A DNA stretch of 36,358 bases from Chromatiales bacterium (GTDB taxonomy: Bacteria > Pseudomonadota > Gammaproteobacteria > JACCXJ01), in contig JBIMKC010000005.1 of the NCBI GenBank assembly GCA_043673925.1, positions 1 to 36,358 of the forward strand. Direction: 5' to 3'. Position 1 is the stretch's first letter; the number at the start of each line of letters is the position of its first letter. A model generated the notes under the pieces. The model did no database searches. It was not told the origin of the DNA and saw only the letters and a program-made list of their open reading frames with translations. Of this stretch, positions 1 to 11,644 are shown piece by piece. The position numbers and the translations under genes were made by a program.

Positions 1-2
1 TA

Positions 3-221
3 AATATATCGCCTGCCGCCGTACACGGTTTGAAAATCGACAATACCTCGATTGAATTCAGCGGACGGTTTGGCGGAACGGCTTACGGGATCCTCGTTCC
101 ACTCACCGCGGTCGAAGCCATCTATTCCAAGGAAAACGGCAAGGGCATGGTGTTTGCGCCCGAACCGGATACGGCGAACCGTCCCGCACCGCGGAAACCT
201 GTCCTCAAGCTGATCAAATAA
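3..221 (+). CDS. sspB: ClpXP adaptor SspB, 3' part (gene starts before the window)
   Basis: Frame is open from the window edge: NISPAAVHGL-KIDNTSIEFSGRFGG...VPLTAVEAIYSKENGKGMVF. C-terminal KPVLKLIK resembles the ClpX-binding tail (E. coli LRVVK). Confidence 0.92.
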   Translation, partial: NISPAAVHGLKIDNTSIEFSGRFGGTAYGILVPLTAVEAIYSKENGKGMVFAPEPDTANRPAPRKPVLKLIK

Positions 222-263
222 TAAGTCGAAGCTTGCTGCCCGGCGCCGCGGAGGCGCTCCCTG

Positions 264-1859
<1,596 letters not shown>

Positions 1860-1865
1860 GCCGGT

Positions 1866-3698
1866 TTATTCGCGCAGCAACGCAGGCACGCCGTTCAGGA
1901 ATTGAGCCCACGCTAGCTGCCGACGAATGCGTTTGTGTTCATCCATACGCAGGATACCGGTGACACCCTCCAGGCGTGCCGAGGGATCGCTTTGCAGCGC
2001 TCCGATGCGAGCCATCAGGTGGTAGGCATCGACGCCAAAGGCATACAGCCGCTTATGGGTCGCAAATCTCTTAGGCCAATGATGCCTGGTGCTCGCGCTA
2101 AGTTCGCTGCGGTAAGGATCGAGCACCCACGGCATGTCACCGAATATCACCCCATCGAGGGCGCTATCGGCCTCCGGGGTAGGCGCGGAGGAGTAGACGT
2201 CGGATGTCGCGTAGATCGGCAGGCGACCACGGCCGCGCGAGCTGATCCACGGAAGTATCAAACGGGCCTCACGGGGGGAAGCGGCCATGAAAATGAAGTC
2301 CGCTGAAGGGCTCGCGGCGTAGGCCTCGCGTAGCGGTGTCGGCGGGGCTAAAGGGCGAACGCTAGCGCGCATCAGCTCCGCAACTGCGGTCTCGATATTA
2401 CTGGCATCACGGTGATAGGTTTGCTGGACCACGATCGTGCCGCCCAGATCTTGCCAGCGTTGCTTGAACGCCCGCAACAGCCGTTCGCCCCAGGGATTGG
2501 CGGGTGTTAAGACCAGTGCGCTCACACGCCCGTCCAACCAGGCGCGCTCGGCGATCTGCCCGGCCTCGTCCTCCGGCGGCAGGCCGAACTGATACAAAAA
2601 GCGCATATTAGCGCGGTGATCCAAGCCGTCGATCCGATTCAACGCCAGCGTCGGGACGGTGATCACGTTGGATGCAACCAGTACCTTCAGCGTCTGTTTG
2701 TCCAAGGGACCGACGACAAACTCAGCACCCTCATCTAGCGCACGCCGATAGACGCCGGGGGCGTTGGCCGCATTGGTGTCATGGATCGATAGGGTACGCC
2801 GCGCGCTGTTTGCGCCATCGCTGTACCAGGCGGCGATAAAACCGTCTTTAATTGCTGCCGCGGCTTCGGCATACTGGCCGAACAGAGGCAGCAGCAGCGC
2901 GATGTGCAGGGGATCAAGGTTCAGAAGGGCTCGCTGCTCCCGGACTCGCGGCAAGGCTTCTTGGCGCGCCGGGTGATGAGGGTATTGCTTCTCCCAAGCG
3001 GCGAGCAGTGCTTCGAACGAGGGGTCATTGTCTGATCTCGCGATAAGCGCCAGATCGATCCAGCCGCGCAGCAGTGGCGAGCCGAGGGATGGTTCTTGGG
3101 TGAGATCGGAACGCGTGACCTGATGGAGTGTGTCCCAAATAGCCAAGCGATTGGCGCGAATCTGTTTTTTGTCGGTGAGATAGGGATCGAGCGCAACCTG
3201 CTCCCGCGCCGCCGACAAAAATTCACCCTTGCCTTGATAGGCGTTGGCAAGAACCCGATGGTAGCGCGGGCGTAACGCATCGGGAACCCGATCGCCTTCG
3301 ATACGCTTTAGTGCGGTCAGCGCTTCCTCGGCGTTGCGGCTCAGCAAAGACGTTTGCGCCGATAAGAGAGTGTGCCATACTTTCGAGTAATGCTCGCGCG
3401 CCGGAACCTTGATTCCGTCCAAGACCTGGCGGGCTTCTCCCACGCGTCTCGCTTTCAAAAACGTATCCGCCGCGCGCAGCCCGAACAGGTAGGATTCTGG
3501 CGCCGAGGAAATCGCCTGCAAGCGTTGAAACTCGGCGGCCGCCGCCTCTAGCTTTCCGGACTGCAACAAACGTATAGCCTGTTGGTCGGAGTAAGGCTTG
3601 ACCTGCGGCCCGCGCGATGCAACGTGCGCACACCCTGTCGCCACTGCGAATAGCAGGAAAGCAAACTGGCGCAGGGTGTTGTTTAATAATGGGGGCAT
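1866..3698 (-). CDS. lpoA: Penicillin-binding protein activator LpoA (LppC family lipoprotein)
   Basis: Lipobox ATGC, TPR-like N-terminal half, YPHHPA, IALLLPL, VVGPLDK, PTLALN, RLYAFGVDAY, LEGVTG; divergent from rsmI and upstream of yraN. Confidence 0.9.
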   Translation of the reverse strand: MPPLLNNTLRQFAFLLFAVATGCAHVASRGPQVKPYSDQQAIRLLQSGKLEAAAAEFQRLQAISSAPESYLFGLRAADTFLKARRVGEARQVLDGIKVPAREHYSKVWHTLLSAQTSLLSRNAEEALTALKRIEGDRVPDALRPRYHRVLANAYQGKGEFLSAAREQVALDPYLTDKKQIRANRLAIWDTLHQVTRSDLTQEPSLGSPLLRGWIDLALIARSDNDPSFEALLAAWEKQYPHHPARQEALPRVREQRALLNLDPLHIALLLPLFGQYAEAAAAIKDGFIAAWYSDGANSARRTLSIHDTNAANAPGVYRRALDEGAEFVVGPLDKQTLKVLVASNVITVPTLALNRIDGLDHRANMRFLYQFGLPPEDEAGQIAERAWLDGRVSALVLTPANPWGERLLRAFKQRWQDLGGTIVVQQTYHRDASNIETAVAELMRASVRPLAPPTPLREAYAASPSADFIFMAASPREARLILPWISSRGRGRLPIYATSDVYSSAPTPEADSALDGVIFGDMPWVLDPYRSELSASTRHHWPKRFATHKRLYAFGVDAYHLMARIGALQSDPSARLEGVTGILRMDEHKRIRRQLAWAQFLNGVPALLRE

Positions 3699-3729
3699 TG
3701 TCAGAACAGTATCGGAAGGGCTTGCGGCC

Positions 3730-4638
3730 GTGTCAATCGAGCAGGGTGTTCTTTACGTCGTAGCGACGCCTATCGGAAATCTTCAGGACCTCAGTCCGCG
3801 CGCGCGGCAAGTGCTCGGCGGCGTTGATGTGGTGTTCGCGGAAGATACCCGTGTGAGCGCGCGTCTATTAAACCATTTTGGGATCGCTACGCCGCTGTTA
3901 CCATTTCATCAACATAATGAAAGACGTGTGTGCCCTGCCGTGGTGCGGCGTTTGGCAGCCAGACAGAGCGTTGCTCTGGTTTGCGATGCCGGCACGCCCT
4001 TGATTAGCGATCCAGGCTATCATTTGGTGCAAGCGGTACGCACCGCCGGTTACAAATTATGCTCGATTCCGGGGCCTTGCGCGATCGTCGCGAGTCTAGC
4101 GGTGGCCGGCCTACCCACGGATCGGTTTGTCTTTGAGGGATTCCTGCCCCCACGGCGGCCCGCGCGCCGGGATCGCTTGTCGGTACTACGCCATGAACAG
4201 AGGACCCTCGTGGTTTACGAAGTTCCGCACCGCGTGCGGGATTGTGTTGCCGACATGAATGAGCTTTTCGGAGCGGATCGTCGCGTGACGCTGGCGCGGG
4301 AGTTGACGAAAATTTACGAGGAAACGTTTGCCGGAACCTTGCGCGGCCTGTCCGAATGGTTGCAAGAGAAGGAGCGTGTCCAGGGCGAGATCGTGATCGT
4401 AGTCGCAGGTGCAGCGGGGGATGCCAAAGAACATGAGCGGTTGCGGCATTCGGTCGCGACCCTATTGAAATACCTGCCGGCGAGGCAAGCGGTCGCGGCC
4501 GCGACCGAGATTTCCGGCGCGAATAAGAATCAGATCTACCGGCTCATGTTAGAGATCGGATCTCACAGCGGTGCCGAGCGCGGGAAGTCGGAAGAAAGCG
4601 CGGGATCTTGCAACTCGGGCGAGATGTCAACAAACTAA
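3730..4638 (+). CDS. rsmI: 16S rRNA C1402 2'-O-methyltransferase RsmI
   Basis: LYVVATPIGNL, AEDTR, DAGTPLISDPG, FEGFLP, ARELTKIYE. Start moved from the track's 3598 to GTG 3730, preceded by GGAAGGG; the longer form overlaps lpoA. Confidence 0.94.
   Translation: MSIEQGVLYVVATPIGNLQDLSPRARQVLGGVDVVFAEDTRVSARLLNHFGIATPLLPFHQHNERRVCPAVVRRLAARQSVALVCDAGTPLISDPGYHLVQAVRTAGYKLCSIPGPCAIVASLAVAGLPTDRFVFEGFLPPRRPARRDRLSVLRHEQRTLVVYEVPHRVRDCVADMNELFGADRRVTLARELTKIYEETFAGTLRGLSEWLQEKERVQGEIVIVVAGAAGDAKEHERLRHSVATLLKYLPARQAVAAATEISGANKNQIYRLMLEIGSHSGAERGKSEESAGSCNSGEMSTN
4608..4636 (+). promoter_or_regulatory. Candidate sigma70 promoter of rnpB
   Basis: TTGCAA (4608-4613), 17-nt spacer, CAAACT (4631-4636), ending about 10 nt before the P1 helix. 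The -10 is imperfect. Confidence 0.4.
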
Positions 4639-4645
4639 GGTCGCA

Positions 4646-5054
4646 AGGAGTCAACCGGGTAGTCGCTGTGTCGATGCGATGCAGAGGAAAGTCCGGGCTC
4701 CAAGGGCAGGGTGCCAGGTAACGCCTGGGGAGTGCGAACTCACGGAAAGTGCCACAGAGAAAAGACCGCCAACCCCCGGCGGGCAGCCGGTAACGGTCCG
4801 GCCGGTCGGGGCGGCAAGGGTGAAAAGGTGCGGTAAGAGCGCACCGCGCCGGCTAACGCCGGTGGCAGGGTAAACCCCACCTGGAGCAAGGCCAAATAGG
4901 GGAGCGAGCCCCCCCATGAGGGGTGGCGACACGTGGCCCGCGTGGGCTCCCGGGTAGGTCGCTAGAGGTGCATGGTGACATGCATCCAAGATAAATGACT
5001 GCCCCGCTGAGGCTGTGCCGCGGCGGACAGAACCCGGCTTACAGGTTGACTCCT
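4646..5054 (+). ncRNA. rnpB: RNase P RNA, bacterial type A
   Basis: P1 pairing AGGAGTCAACC (4646-4656) with GGTTGACTCCT (5044-5054); conserved GAGGAAAGTCCGGGCTC, GAAAGTGCCACAGA, GGTAAACCCCACCTGGAGCAAGGCCAAATAG, ACAGAACCCGGCTTA; canonical rsmI-rnpB-mraZ order. Confidence 0.98.
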
Positions 5055-5288
5055 GCTTTCTCAATCCCTTGTATCCAAGGCGCCACGGGCATGGCTGGTT
5101 AAGTTCCCGGCGCTGCCGGTGCCTACGCAGTACCGATAATCTTAACTACCGACATTAATTATCTAAGCTAATCGCAGCATTCGGAAACACCTTTAGGCGC
5201 CGTGAAACTGGCCGTTCCGGCGTCGTGCCTCGAAAATATAAGTCCCTGTTCAAGAAGCGACTTTCAGATGCTGGTCGTAAATATTTTC

Positions 5289-5317
5289 TTGACATCTCGC
5301 GGCTGGGTTCTTATAGT
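5289..5317 (+). promoter_or_regulatory. sigma70 promoter of the dcw cluster (Pmra)
   Basis: TTGACA (5289-5294), 17-nt spacer, TATAGT (5312-5317), directly upstream of the MraZ boxes and mraZ. Confidence 0.85.
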
Positions 5318-5323
5318 TTGCCT

Positions 5324-5348
5324 GTGGGGAAACGTGGGGAAATGTGGA
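5324..5348 (+). promoter_or_regulatory. MraZ binding repeats
   Basis: GTGGG (5324), GTGGG (5334), GTGGA (5344) at exact 10-bp spacing, the known MraZ autoregulatory operator layout. Confidence 0.85.
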
Positions 5349-5360
5349 TCCTTACTATCC

Positions 5361-5831
5361 ATGGGCAAGGTATCGTTTCAGGGGATCAATGCGCTGAGCC
5401 TCGATGCCAAGGGGCGTCTGGCGATTCCAAGCGGCTACCGGGAACAAATAGCGACCGTGTGTGGCAACGCGCTTGTACTTACCCTTAGCCCGTATGACCC
5501 CTGCCTGTGGCTATATCCCGTGACGGAATGGGAAGCCATCGACGTAAAATTGCAGCAACTTTCTGATTTTGATAAGCAAAGCAGACGCACGAAGCAAATG
5601 ATGCGGGGTTATGCAAGCTCCTGTGTACTCGATGCACAGGGTAGGATCCGCATTCCAGAGTCGCTGCGGGAGTTCGCAAATCTCGTGAAATATATTACCT
5701 TTTTAGGTCAAGGTAATCGCTTCGAGCTTTGGGATGCCGATGCCTGGGTTGGACAGCGGGATGAATGGCGATCCGACATTGGGCGCGGTGTCGGAACGGC
5801 GTCGGAGGCGTTGCGCGAATTAGCGTTGTAG
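5361..5831 (+). CDS. mraZ: Division/cell wall cluster transcriptional regulator MraZ
   Basis: FQG.....LDAKGRLAIP, LDAQGRIRIP, GQGNRFELWD. Start set at ATG 5361 because the track's 5202 start would run through the promoter. Confidence 0.95.
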   Translation: MGKVSFQGINALSLDAKGRLAIPSGYREQIATVCGNALVLTLSPYDPCLWLYPVTEWEAIDVKLQQLSDFDKQSRRTKQMMRGYASSCVLDAQGRIRIPESLREFANLVKYITFLGQGNRFELWDADAWVGQRDEWRSDIGRGVGTASEALRELAL

Positions 5832-5835
5832 GCAC

Positions 5836-6774
5836 GTGCAGGGTACCGGAGGCTCCCATACCCCGGTATTGGTGAACGAGGTTGTGAAGCTCCTCGTTCT
5901 CCACGACGCGGGCTTGTATATTGACTGTACGTTCGGGGGAGGTGGACATGCACGCGCAATTTTGCAGCGCCTGGGGCGGCGAGGACGTCTGGTCGTGATC
6001 GATCGTGATCCGGCGGCCGTATTGGCGGCGGAACAGCTCGCGGCCGAGGATCCTCGAGTCCAGGTGGCCAGAAGCTCGTTCGCGCTACTGGAGCAACTCG
6101 CACACGCTGCGGCGATCGCCGGGCAGGTCGATGGAATTCTGTTCGACCTCGGTGTCTCTTCGCCGCAATTAGATGATTCCCGGCGCGGTTTTAGCTTCGG
6201 CCACGATGGTCCACTCGACATGCGCATGGACAATGAATCCGGTTTTACGGCCGCGCAGTGGATCGCGGCGGTGTCCACTCGGGATCTGGCGGAGGTTATT
6301 CGTGCATATGGCGAAGAACGGTTTGCAACTAGAATCGCGCGTGCCATCGTGAGAGAACAAGCCCTTGCGCCAATCACGACCACTAAGCGTCTGGCGGAAA
6401 TCGTCGCCCGCGCGAAACCGGTGTGGGAAAAAAATCTGCATCCGGCCACGCGCTGCTTTCAAGCGCTTCGGATTGTTATTAATGACGAGCTCGATGAGCT
6501 TAAGCTCGGCCTTCGACAGGCGGTAAAGGTATTGCGTAGCGGCGGACGTCTCGTAGTAATAAGTTTCCATTCGTTGGAAGACCGTATCGTAAAGCGATTT
6601 ATACGTGACGAATCGCAGGGACGGTCCACCCCGCGCAGCTTACCGCCGCGTGTCGCTGCGGAAGGCCTGACCTTAAAACGGGTGTGTGGCCCGATGAAAC
6701 CCACAGTTGACGAGATCGCCCGCAATCCGCGCGCGCGAAGCGCGACCTTGCGGGTGGCGGAGAAGCTCCTATGA
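5836..6774 (+). CDS. rsmH: 16S rRNA C1402 N4-methyltransferase RsmH (MraW)
   Basis: HTPVL, DCTFGGGGHA, DLGVSSPQLD, GPLDMRMD, ISFHSLEDRIVK, NPRARSA. Confidence 0.97.
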   Translation: MQGTGGSHTPVLVNEVVKLLVLHDAGLYIDCTFGGGGHARAILQRLGRRGRLVVIDRDPAAVLAAEQLAAEDPRVQVARSSFALLEQLAHAAAIAGQVDGILFDLGVSSPQLDDSRRGFSFGHDGPLDMRMDNESGFTAAQWIAAVSTRDLAEVIRAYGEERFATRIARAIVREQALAPITTTKRLAEIVARAKPVWEKNLHPATRCFQALRIVINDELDELKLGLRQAVKVLRSGGRLVVISFHSLEDRIVKRFIRDESQGRSTPRSLPPRVAAEGLTLKRVCGPMKPTVDEIARNPRARSATLRVAEKLL

Positions 6775-7034
6775 CGCGGATCCTGTGCCCTTTGCTTGTG
6801 GGTTTGGTAGTTATCACCTCCCTTGCAATCACCATGACCCGGCATCAAAGCAGAAAGTTGTTTGTCGAATTGCAAGCGCTCGAGCAGGGGCATGACGCCA
6901 TGAATGATGAATGGGGGCGGTTGCAATTGGAGCAGGCCACCTTGGGGACGCACGGGCGCATCGAAGAGAGCGCGCGCAGCGCGCTGAACATGACGATGCC
7001 GTCCGTCGCGGACGTGATCATCGTGACCGACTGA
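6771..7034 (+). CDS. ftsL: Cell division protein FtsL
   Basis: Single N-terminal TM segment, RHQSRKLF...EWGRLQLEQ coiled coil; lies between rsmH and ftsI with overlapping start/stop codons. Confidence 0.92.
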   Translation: MTRILCPLLVGLVVITSLAITMTRHQSRKLFVELQALEQGHDAMNDEWGRLQLEQATLGTHGRIEESARSALNMTMPSVADVIIVTD

Positions 7035-8776
7035 TGGTCCGGCGCAAGCAGTTGTTTTTCGACGGTCGACGGCGATTTGTTGTCAGCGTATTCGTGGTGG
7101 GGGCGGCGCTACTCGTTTGGCGGGCAGTCTATCTTCAACTCACCGAAACCGATGTGCTTCAGGGACACGGGGCGGATCGCTATCTTAGAACCGTTGAATT
7201 ACCGGCGCATCGGGGGACGATCACCGATCGGCATAACGAGCCCCTGGCAGTCAGTACCCCGGTCAGCTCGGTGGGCGTTATTCCTTCCAAACTCACGCAA
7301 GTGCGCGGCCGCTGGCCCGCACTCGCGCGGGTGCTCGGGATTTCCGGTCAAGAGTTGACGGCGTTCGTACAATCGCGGCTGGAGCGCCGCTTCGTTTTAC
7401 TTAGAAGGCACGTTCCCCCCGAGCTTGCCGAGGAGGTGATGCGGCTTGATATCGACGGGGTGGAGCTCCGCCAAGAAGTACACCGGTATTATCCGGCTGG
7501 GGAGGTGACGGCACACTGTGTCGGCTTTACCGATATCGATGATAAGGGGCAGGAAGGTATAGAGCTTGCCTACGACGAACACTTGCGGGGTGTCTCCGGC
7601 TCGAAACGCGTGATCCAGGACTTGATCGGGCATGTCGTTGAAAACGTGGAAAGCGTGCGCGCGCCGCAACCGGGCCATGATCTGGCGCTGAGCATCGATA
7701 AGCGCGTTCAATACGTGGCCTACCGCGAGCTCAAGGCCGCCGTGCGCGAGCACCAAGCCCGGGCGGGTTCGATGGTGGTGCTCGACACCCAAACCGGGGA
7801 AGTGCTCGCCGCGGTCAATCAACCCTCGTACAACCCGAATAACCGGAAGCAGTTACGGGCCGGTTATTTTCGCAACCGGGCGCTCACGGACACCTTCGAA
7901 CCCGGCTCGACGATCAAGCCCTTCACCATTGCTTCCGCTTTGGAGGCGGGGGCGATCGGCGTCAAGACCATGATCGATACCCGTCCGGGATACCTGCGGG
8001 TTGGGCGGCATACCGTACGCGATTTGCACGATTACGGTCTGCTCGATGCGACGGGCATCATTAGCAAATCAAGCAATGTGGGCATCACCAAAATCGCAAT
8101 AGCGTTAGAACCCGGGCAGCATTGGGGGATGCTCGCGCGGCTGGGATTCGGCGCCGCGACCGGCTCCGGTTTCCCGGGGGAGGCAGCCGGGCGCCTACAA
8201 CATTATGCTGCATGGCGCTCGATCGATCACGCGACGGTAGGATTCGGGTATGGCCTCTCGGTCACGGCATTGCAACTCGCAAACGCCTACCTGGCCTTTG
8301 CGATTGACGGGATGCTGCTACCGGTAAGCCTGCTGCGGTTGTCGGAGCGGCCCGACGGACGGCGCGTGATGAGTCGTTCGAGCGCGCAAACGGTGCGGGG
8401 CATGCTGGAGGCGGCCGTGCGCCAAGGCACCGGCGGGTTGGCGCGCATCACCGGCTACCGCGTCGCGGGCAAGACCGGGACCGTGCACAAATTGGCCCGT
8501 GGGGGAGGTTATGCCAAGGACCGCTATGTATCCCTGTTTGCGGGGATGATCCCGGCCAGCCGGCCGCGGCTGATCGCGGTCATAATGATCGATGAACCGG
8601 CCCGCGGCGAGCATTTCGGCGGACAAGTCGCCGCGCCGGTATTTGCAAGGGTGATGCGTGATGCGACCCGCTTGCTCGACATACCGCCCGATGACATCGC
8701 CCCCTTGCTTCCCCAGAATGAGCAGTTTCTCACCCGCGTTCATACGGCGGATTTACCGCCCGTGATCCGTCCATGA
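7034..8776 (+). CDS. ftsI: Peptidoglycan D,D-transpeptidase FtsI (PBP3)
   Basis: RGTITDRH.EPLAVS; active-site motifs STIK (SxxK), SSN (SxN), KTG. Start set at ATG 7034, overlapping the ftsL stop (TGATG). Confidence 0.96.
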   Translation: MVRRKQLFFDGRRRFVVSVFVVGAALLVWRAVYLQLTETDVLQGHGADRYLRTVELPAHRGTITDRHNEPLAVSTPVSSVGVIPSKLTQVRGRWPALARVLGISGQELTAFVQSRLERRFVLLRRHVPPELAEEVMRLDIDGVELRQEVHRYYPAGEVTAHCVGFTDIDDKGQEGIELAYDEHLRGVSGSKRVIQDLIGHVVENVESVRAPQPGHDLALSIDKRVQYVAYRELKAAVREHQARAGSMVVLDTQTGEVLAAVNQPSYNPNNRKQLRAGYFRNRALTDTFEPGSTIKPFTIASALEAGAIGVKTMIDTRPGYLRVGRHTVRDLHDYGLLDATGIISKSSNVGITKIAIALEPGQHWGMLARLGFGAATGSGFPGEAAGRLQHYAAWRSIDHATVGFGYGLSVTALQLANAYLAFAIDGMLLPVSLLRLSERPDGRRVMSRSSAQTVRGMLEAAVRQGTGGLARITGYRVAGKTGTVHKLARGGGYAKDRYVSLFAGMIPASRPRLIAVIMIDEPARGEHFGGQVAAPVFARVMRDATRLLDIPPDDIAPLLPQNEQFLTRVHTADLPPVIRP

Positions 8777-10290
8777 ACGCCGTAGCGCAACAACCCGGTC
8801 AAGTCCTCAGTTGCCTCCTGGATGGATTCGGCCAGGTGGCGCCGCCGCAAGACCGGCTCATCCGGGAGCTGTGTTCGGATAGCCGCTCAGCACGCGGGGG
8901 TGACTTGTTTTTAGCCTATCCCGGCGTTAATCGGCATGGCGGTGATCATATGCGGGAGGCGATACGCGCGGGGGCTGTCGCCATCGCCTTGGATGCCGCC
9001 TACGATCGCCCTACGCTGTCCGCCGAGCCGATTCCAATCGTCCGGGTGCCGCGGCTACGGTCATGCGTCGGGGAGATTGCCGCGCGTTTCTACGCTCATC
9101 CCTCTCGGCATCTGTTGGCGATCGGGGTGACGGGCACGAACGGCAAATCCTCCGTGACACACACGATCGCCCGCGTGCTCGATAGCGCTGCGAATGCCGG
9201 CCCTTGCGGTGTCGTGGGCACCCTGGGTTGGGGCCGAGTGGACGATCTCACGCCCGCGACCCACACCACACCGGATGCGGTGACGATCCAACGTCAGCTC
9301 GCCGATCTGCGTGCTCGGCGAGCGCGCTCGGTGGTCTTGGAAGTGTCCTCGCACGGTTTAGATCAAGGGCGGGTCGCAGGCGTCGAATTTGCCATTGCGG
9401 TGTTTACCAACCTCAGTCGCGATCACCTCGATTACCACGGTGACATGGCTGCTTACGGCGAGGCGAAGAAGTTGCTCTTTCAATGGCCGCGGTTGCGGGC
9501 GGCAGTGCTGAATCTCGATGATTCCTATTGCCAGGCGATTTCCGCGGTCCTAGCGCCCGACGTTCGTGTGTTCGGTTATACCTTAAATGATACGCAATTG
9601 CCGGTGAACGAGTGTATCGTGGGTAGTGCTCTCAGGCTGCACGACCGGGGCTTGTCGCTTCGCATCGGGGTAGGAGGACAAACCGCCGAGATCGAGAGCC
9701 CGCTTTTGGGACGGCTCAACGCCTACAACCTACTCGCCTCCCTCGGCGCGTTGCTGGCGGCCGGTGTAGCGCTGGAGCAAGCGGCCGAGGGGCTCGCATC
9801 GGTGGGGCCGGTTCCCGGGCGGATGGAGCGCTTCCCCGCCGGAGGTGGATCGCCCCTCGTTGTTGTCGACTACGCCCATACACCGGATGGTTTGGAGCAA
9901 GCGCTGATCGCCCTGCGCCAGTTTCGATCTGGAAAGCTTTTTTGTATCTTCGGCTGTGGCGGGGAACGGGATGCCGGAAAACGGCCGCTCATGGGGAGAA
10001 TCGCCGAAGCCCTGGCCGATCGCGTGATCCTGACGACCGACAACGCGCGGCGCGAGGATCCGGCGGCAATCGTTAAGGATATCCTGGGCGGTATGAGCGA
10101 TCCGGCGCTGGCGCGCAGCGAGCCGGACCGGGCGCGCGCGATCGCGTCTACCATTGAGCATGCGACTGAAAACGATACGGTATTGATTGCCGGTAAAGGC
10201 CATGAAGACTATCAAGACCAGGGCGGGGTGCGCAGGCCGTATAGCGACCGCCAGGTGGTAGAGCAACTTCTGCGCGGGCCCAAACCGTGA
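8773..10290 (+). CDS. murE: UDP-MurNAc-L-Ala-D-Glu--meso-DAP ligase MurE
   Basis: GVTGTNGKSS, HTTPD, EVSSHGL, TNLSRDHLDYH, VDYAHTPD, GCGGERD.GKR, DNAR (variant of the DAP-specific DNPR), AGKGHE. Confidence 0.96.
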   Translation: MNAVAQQPGQVLSCLLDGFGQVAPPQDRLIRELCSDSRSARGGDLFLAYPGVNRHGGDHMREAIRAGAVAIALDAAYDRPTLSAEPIPIVRVPRLRSCVGEIAARFYAHPSRHLLAIGVTGTNGKSSVTHTIARVLDSAANAGPCGVVGTLGWGRVDDLTPATHTTPDAVTIQRQLADLRARRARSVVLEVSSHGLDQGRVAGVEFAIAVFTNLSRDHLDYHGDMAAYGEAKKLLFQWPRLRAAVLNLDDSYCQAISAVLAPDVRVFGYTLNDTQLPVNECIVGSALRLHDRGLSLRIGVGGQTAEIESPLLGRLNAYNLLASLGALLAAGVALEQAAEGLASVGPVPGRMERFPAGGGSPLVVVDYAHTPDGLEQALIALRQFRSGKLFCIFGCGGERDAGKRPLMGRIAEALADRVILTTDNARREDPAAIVKDILGGMSDPALARSEPDRARAIASTIEHATENDTVLIAGKGHEDYQDQGGVRRPYSDRQVVEQLLRGPKP

Positions 10291-11642
10291 TTCGTATGCG
10301 GCTCTCCGATTTGACCGGTGTTTTGGGCGCGGAGCGCCACGGGAGGGATATCGAGTTCAGCGGTTGTACGACGGACTCTCGGAACCTATCTCCCGAGGCC
10401 TTATTCGTTGCGTTGCGCGGGCCTCACTTCGACGGCCATGACTTCGTGGACGCGGTTTTTGAGCGGGGAGCGGCCGCGGCCGTGCTCGAGCATCCGATCG
10501 GCGGGGAGCGGCCCAGTTTAATGGTCCCCGACACGCGCCTGGCGCTCGGGCTAATCGCGGCGCATTGGCGCCGGCGTTTCCGGCTCCCGCTCGTTGCCGT
10601 GACCGGTAGCAACGGCAAGACCACGGTGAAAGAGATGTTGGTGGCGATCCTCTCGCGTTGCGCTCAGGTGCTCGGGACGCAGGGCAATCTGAATAACGAT
10701 ATCGGCGTGCCCTTAACGCTGTTCAACCTCGATGAGCGATACGCGTACGCCGTGATCGAAATGGGCGCCAACCACCCCGGTGAGATCGCCGCGTTATGCG
10801 AGCTCGCGCAGCCCTCGGTGGCGGTGGTTACCCAGTGTAGTCCGGCCCATCTGAAAGGGTTCGGGTCGATAGAAGGCGTGGCGCGCGCGAAGGGAGAAAT
10901 CTTTACCCAACTGGGACCCGGCGATACGGCTGTCATTAACGCCGACGATCCCTATGCCGGGCTATGGCGCACGCTCGCGGGTGGCTGCCGACAACTGAGC
11001 TTCGGTTTCGAAGCCTCGCCGGATGTCACGGCCACCGTGGTAGCTACCGCCAGCGTGCTGGACGGGAGCAAGCTCCGCCTGCATACCCCGGCCGGGTCTA
11101 TCGACGTCCATATCCAACTATTGGGGCGCCATAACATCAGCAATGCCTTGGCGGCGGCCGCGAGCGCGTTGGCTCTTGGAATAGAGCTCGGGGACATCGC
11201 CGCGGGCTTGCAGTCGATGCGCCCTGTGCAAGGTCGATTGCAGCCGCGCGCCGGCCGCCGTGGAACGCGGGTTTTCGACGATAGTTACAACGCCAATCCG
11301 GGCTCGCTCAAAGCGGCCATCGAGTTCTTGGCGAGCTGCCCCGGGGAGCCGTGGCTGGTGCTCGGTGATATGGGAGAGCTCGGCCCCGAGGCCGCGGGTT
11401 ACCATCACCAGGCGGGCGTATTGGCACGCCACCTCGGGATACAGCGCTTATACGCGACCGGCGATCTGGCGCGCGCGAGTGTGGACGGATTCGGGCCGGG
11501 CGGGCGGTATTTCGCGACTGTCGATACGCTCGTTGAATCCTTGGGCGGCGATCTCCATCCACGGGTCACCGTACTAGTGAAGGGTTCGCGGTCGATGCGC
11601 ATGGAACGGGTGGTGGGCTTCCTGCAGCAGGAAGGGGAATAG
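10287..11642 (+). CDS. murF: UDP-MurNAc-tripeptide--D-Ala-D-Ala ligase MurF
   Basis: [51 protein letters not shown]. Confidence 0.96.
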   Translation: MIRMRLSDLTGVLGAERHGRDIEFSGCTTDSRNLSPEALFVALRGPHFDGHDFVDAVFERGAAAAVLEHPIGGERPSLMVPDTRLALGLIAAHWRRRFRLPLVAVTGSNGKTTVKEMLVAILSRCAQVLGTQGNLNNDIGVPLTLFNLDERYAYAVIEMGANHPGEIAALCELAQPSVAVVTQCSPAHLKGFGSIEGVARAKGEIFTQLGPGDTAVINADDPYAGLWRTLAGGCRQLSFGFEASPDVTATVVATASVLDGSKLRLHTPAGSIDVHIQLLGRHNISNALAAAASALALGIELGDIAAGLQSMRPVQGRLQPRAGRRGTRVFDDSYNANPGSLKAAIEFLASCPGEPWLVLGDMGELGPEAAGYHHQAGVLARHLGIQRLYATGDLARASVDGFGPGGRYFATVDTLVESLGGDLHPRVTVLVKGSRSMRMERVVGFLQQEGE

Positions 11643-11644
11643 GC

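Noticed and set aside
4571-5064. ORFs 4571..4873 (+) and 4651..5064 (-)
   Set aside because: They overlap the RNase P RNA gene and are chance frames in a GC-rich structural RNA.
5055-5280. Terminator or repeat array downstream of rnpB
   Set aside because: Only a 5-bp hairpin without a U tract (5067-5080) and a short TACCGA duplication; not enough to call.
5202-5360. N-terminal extension of MraZ in the ORF track (likewise for rsmI, ftsI, murD, murB, ftsZ, coaE)
   Set aside because: The extensions run through promoters or upstream genes; downstream starts fit RBS position and family N-termini better.
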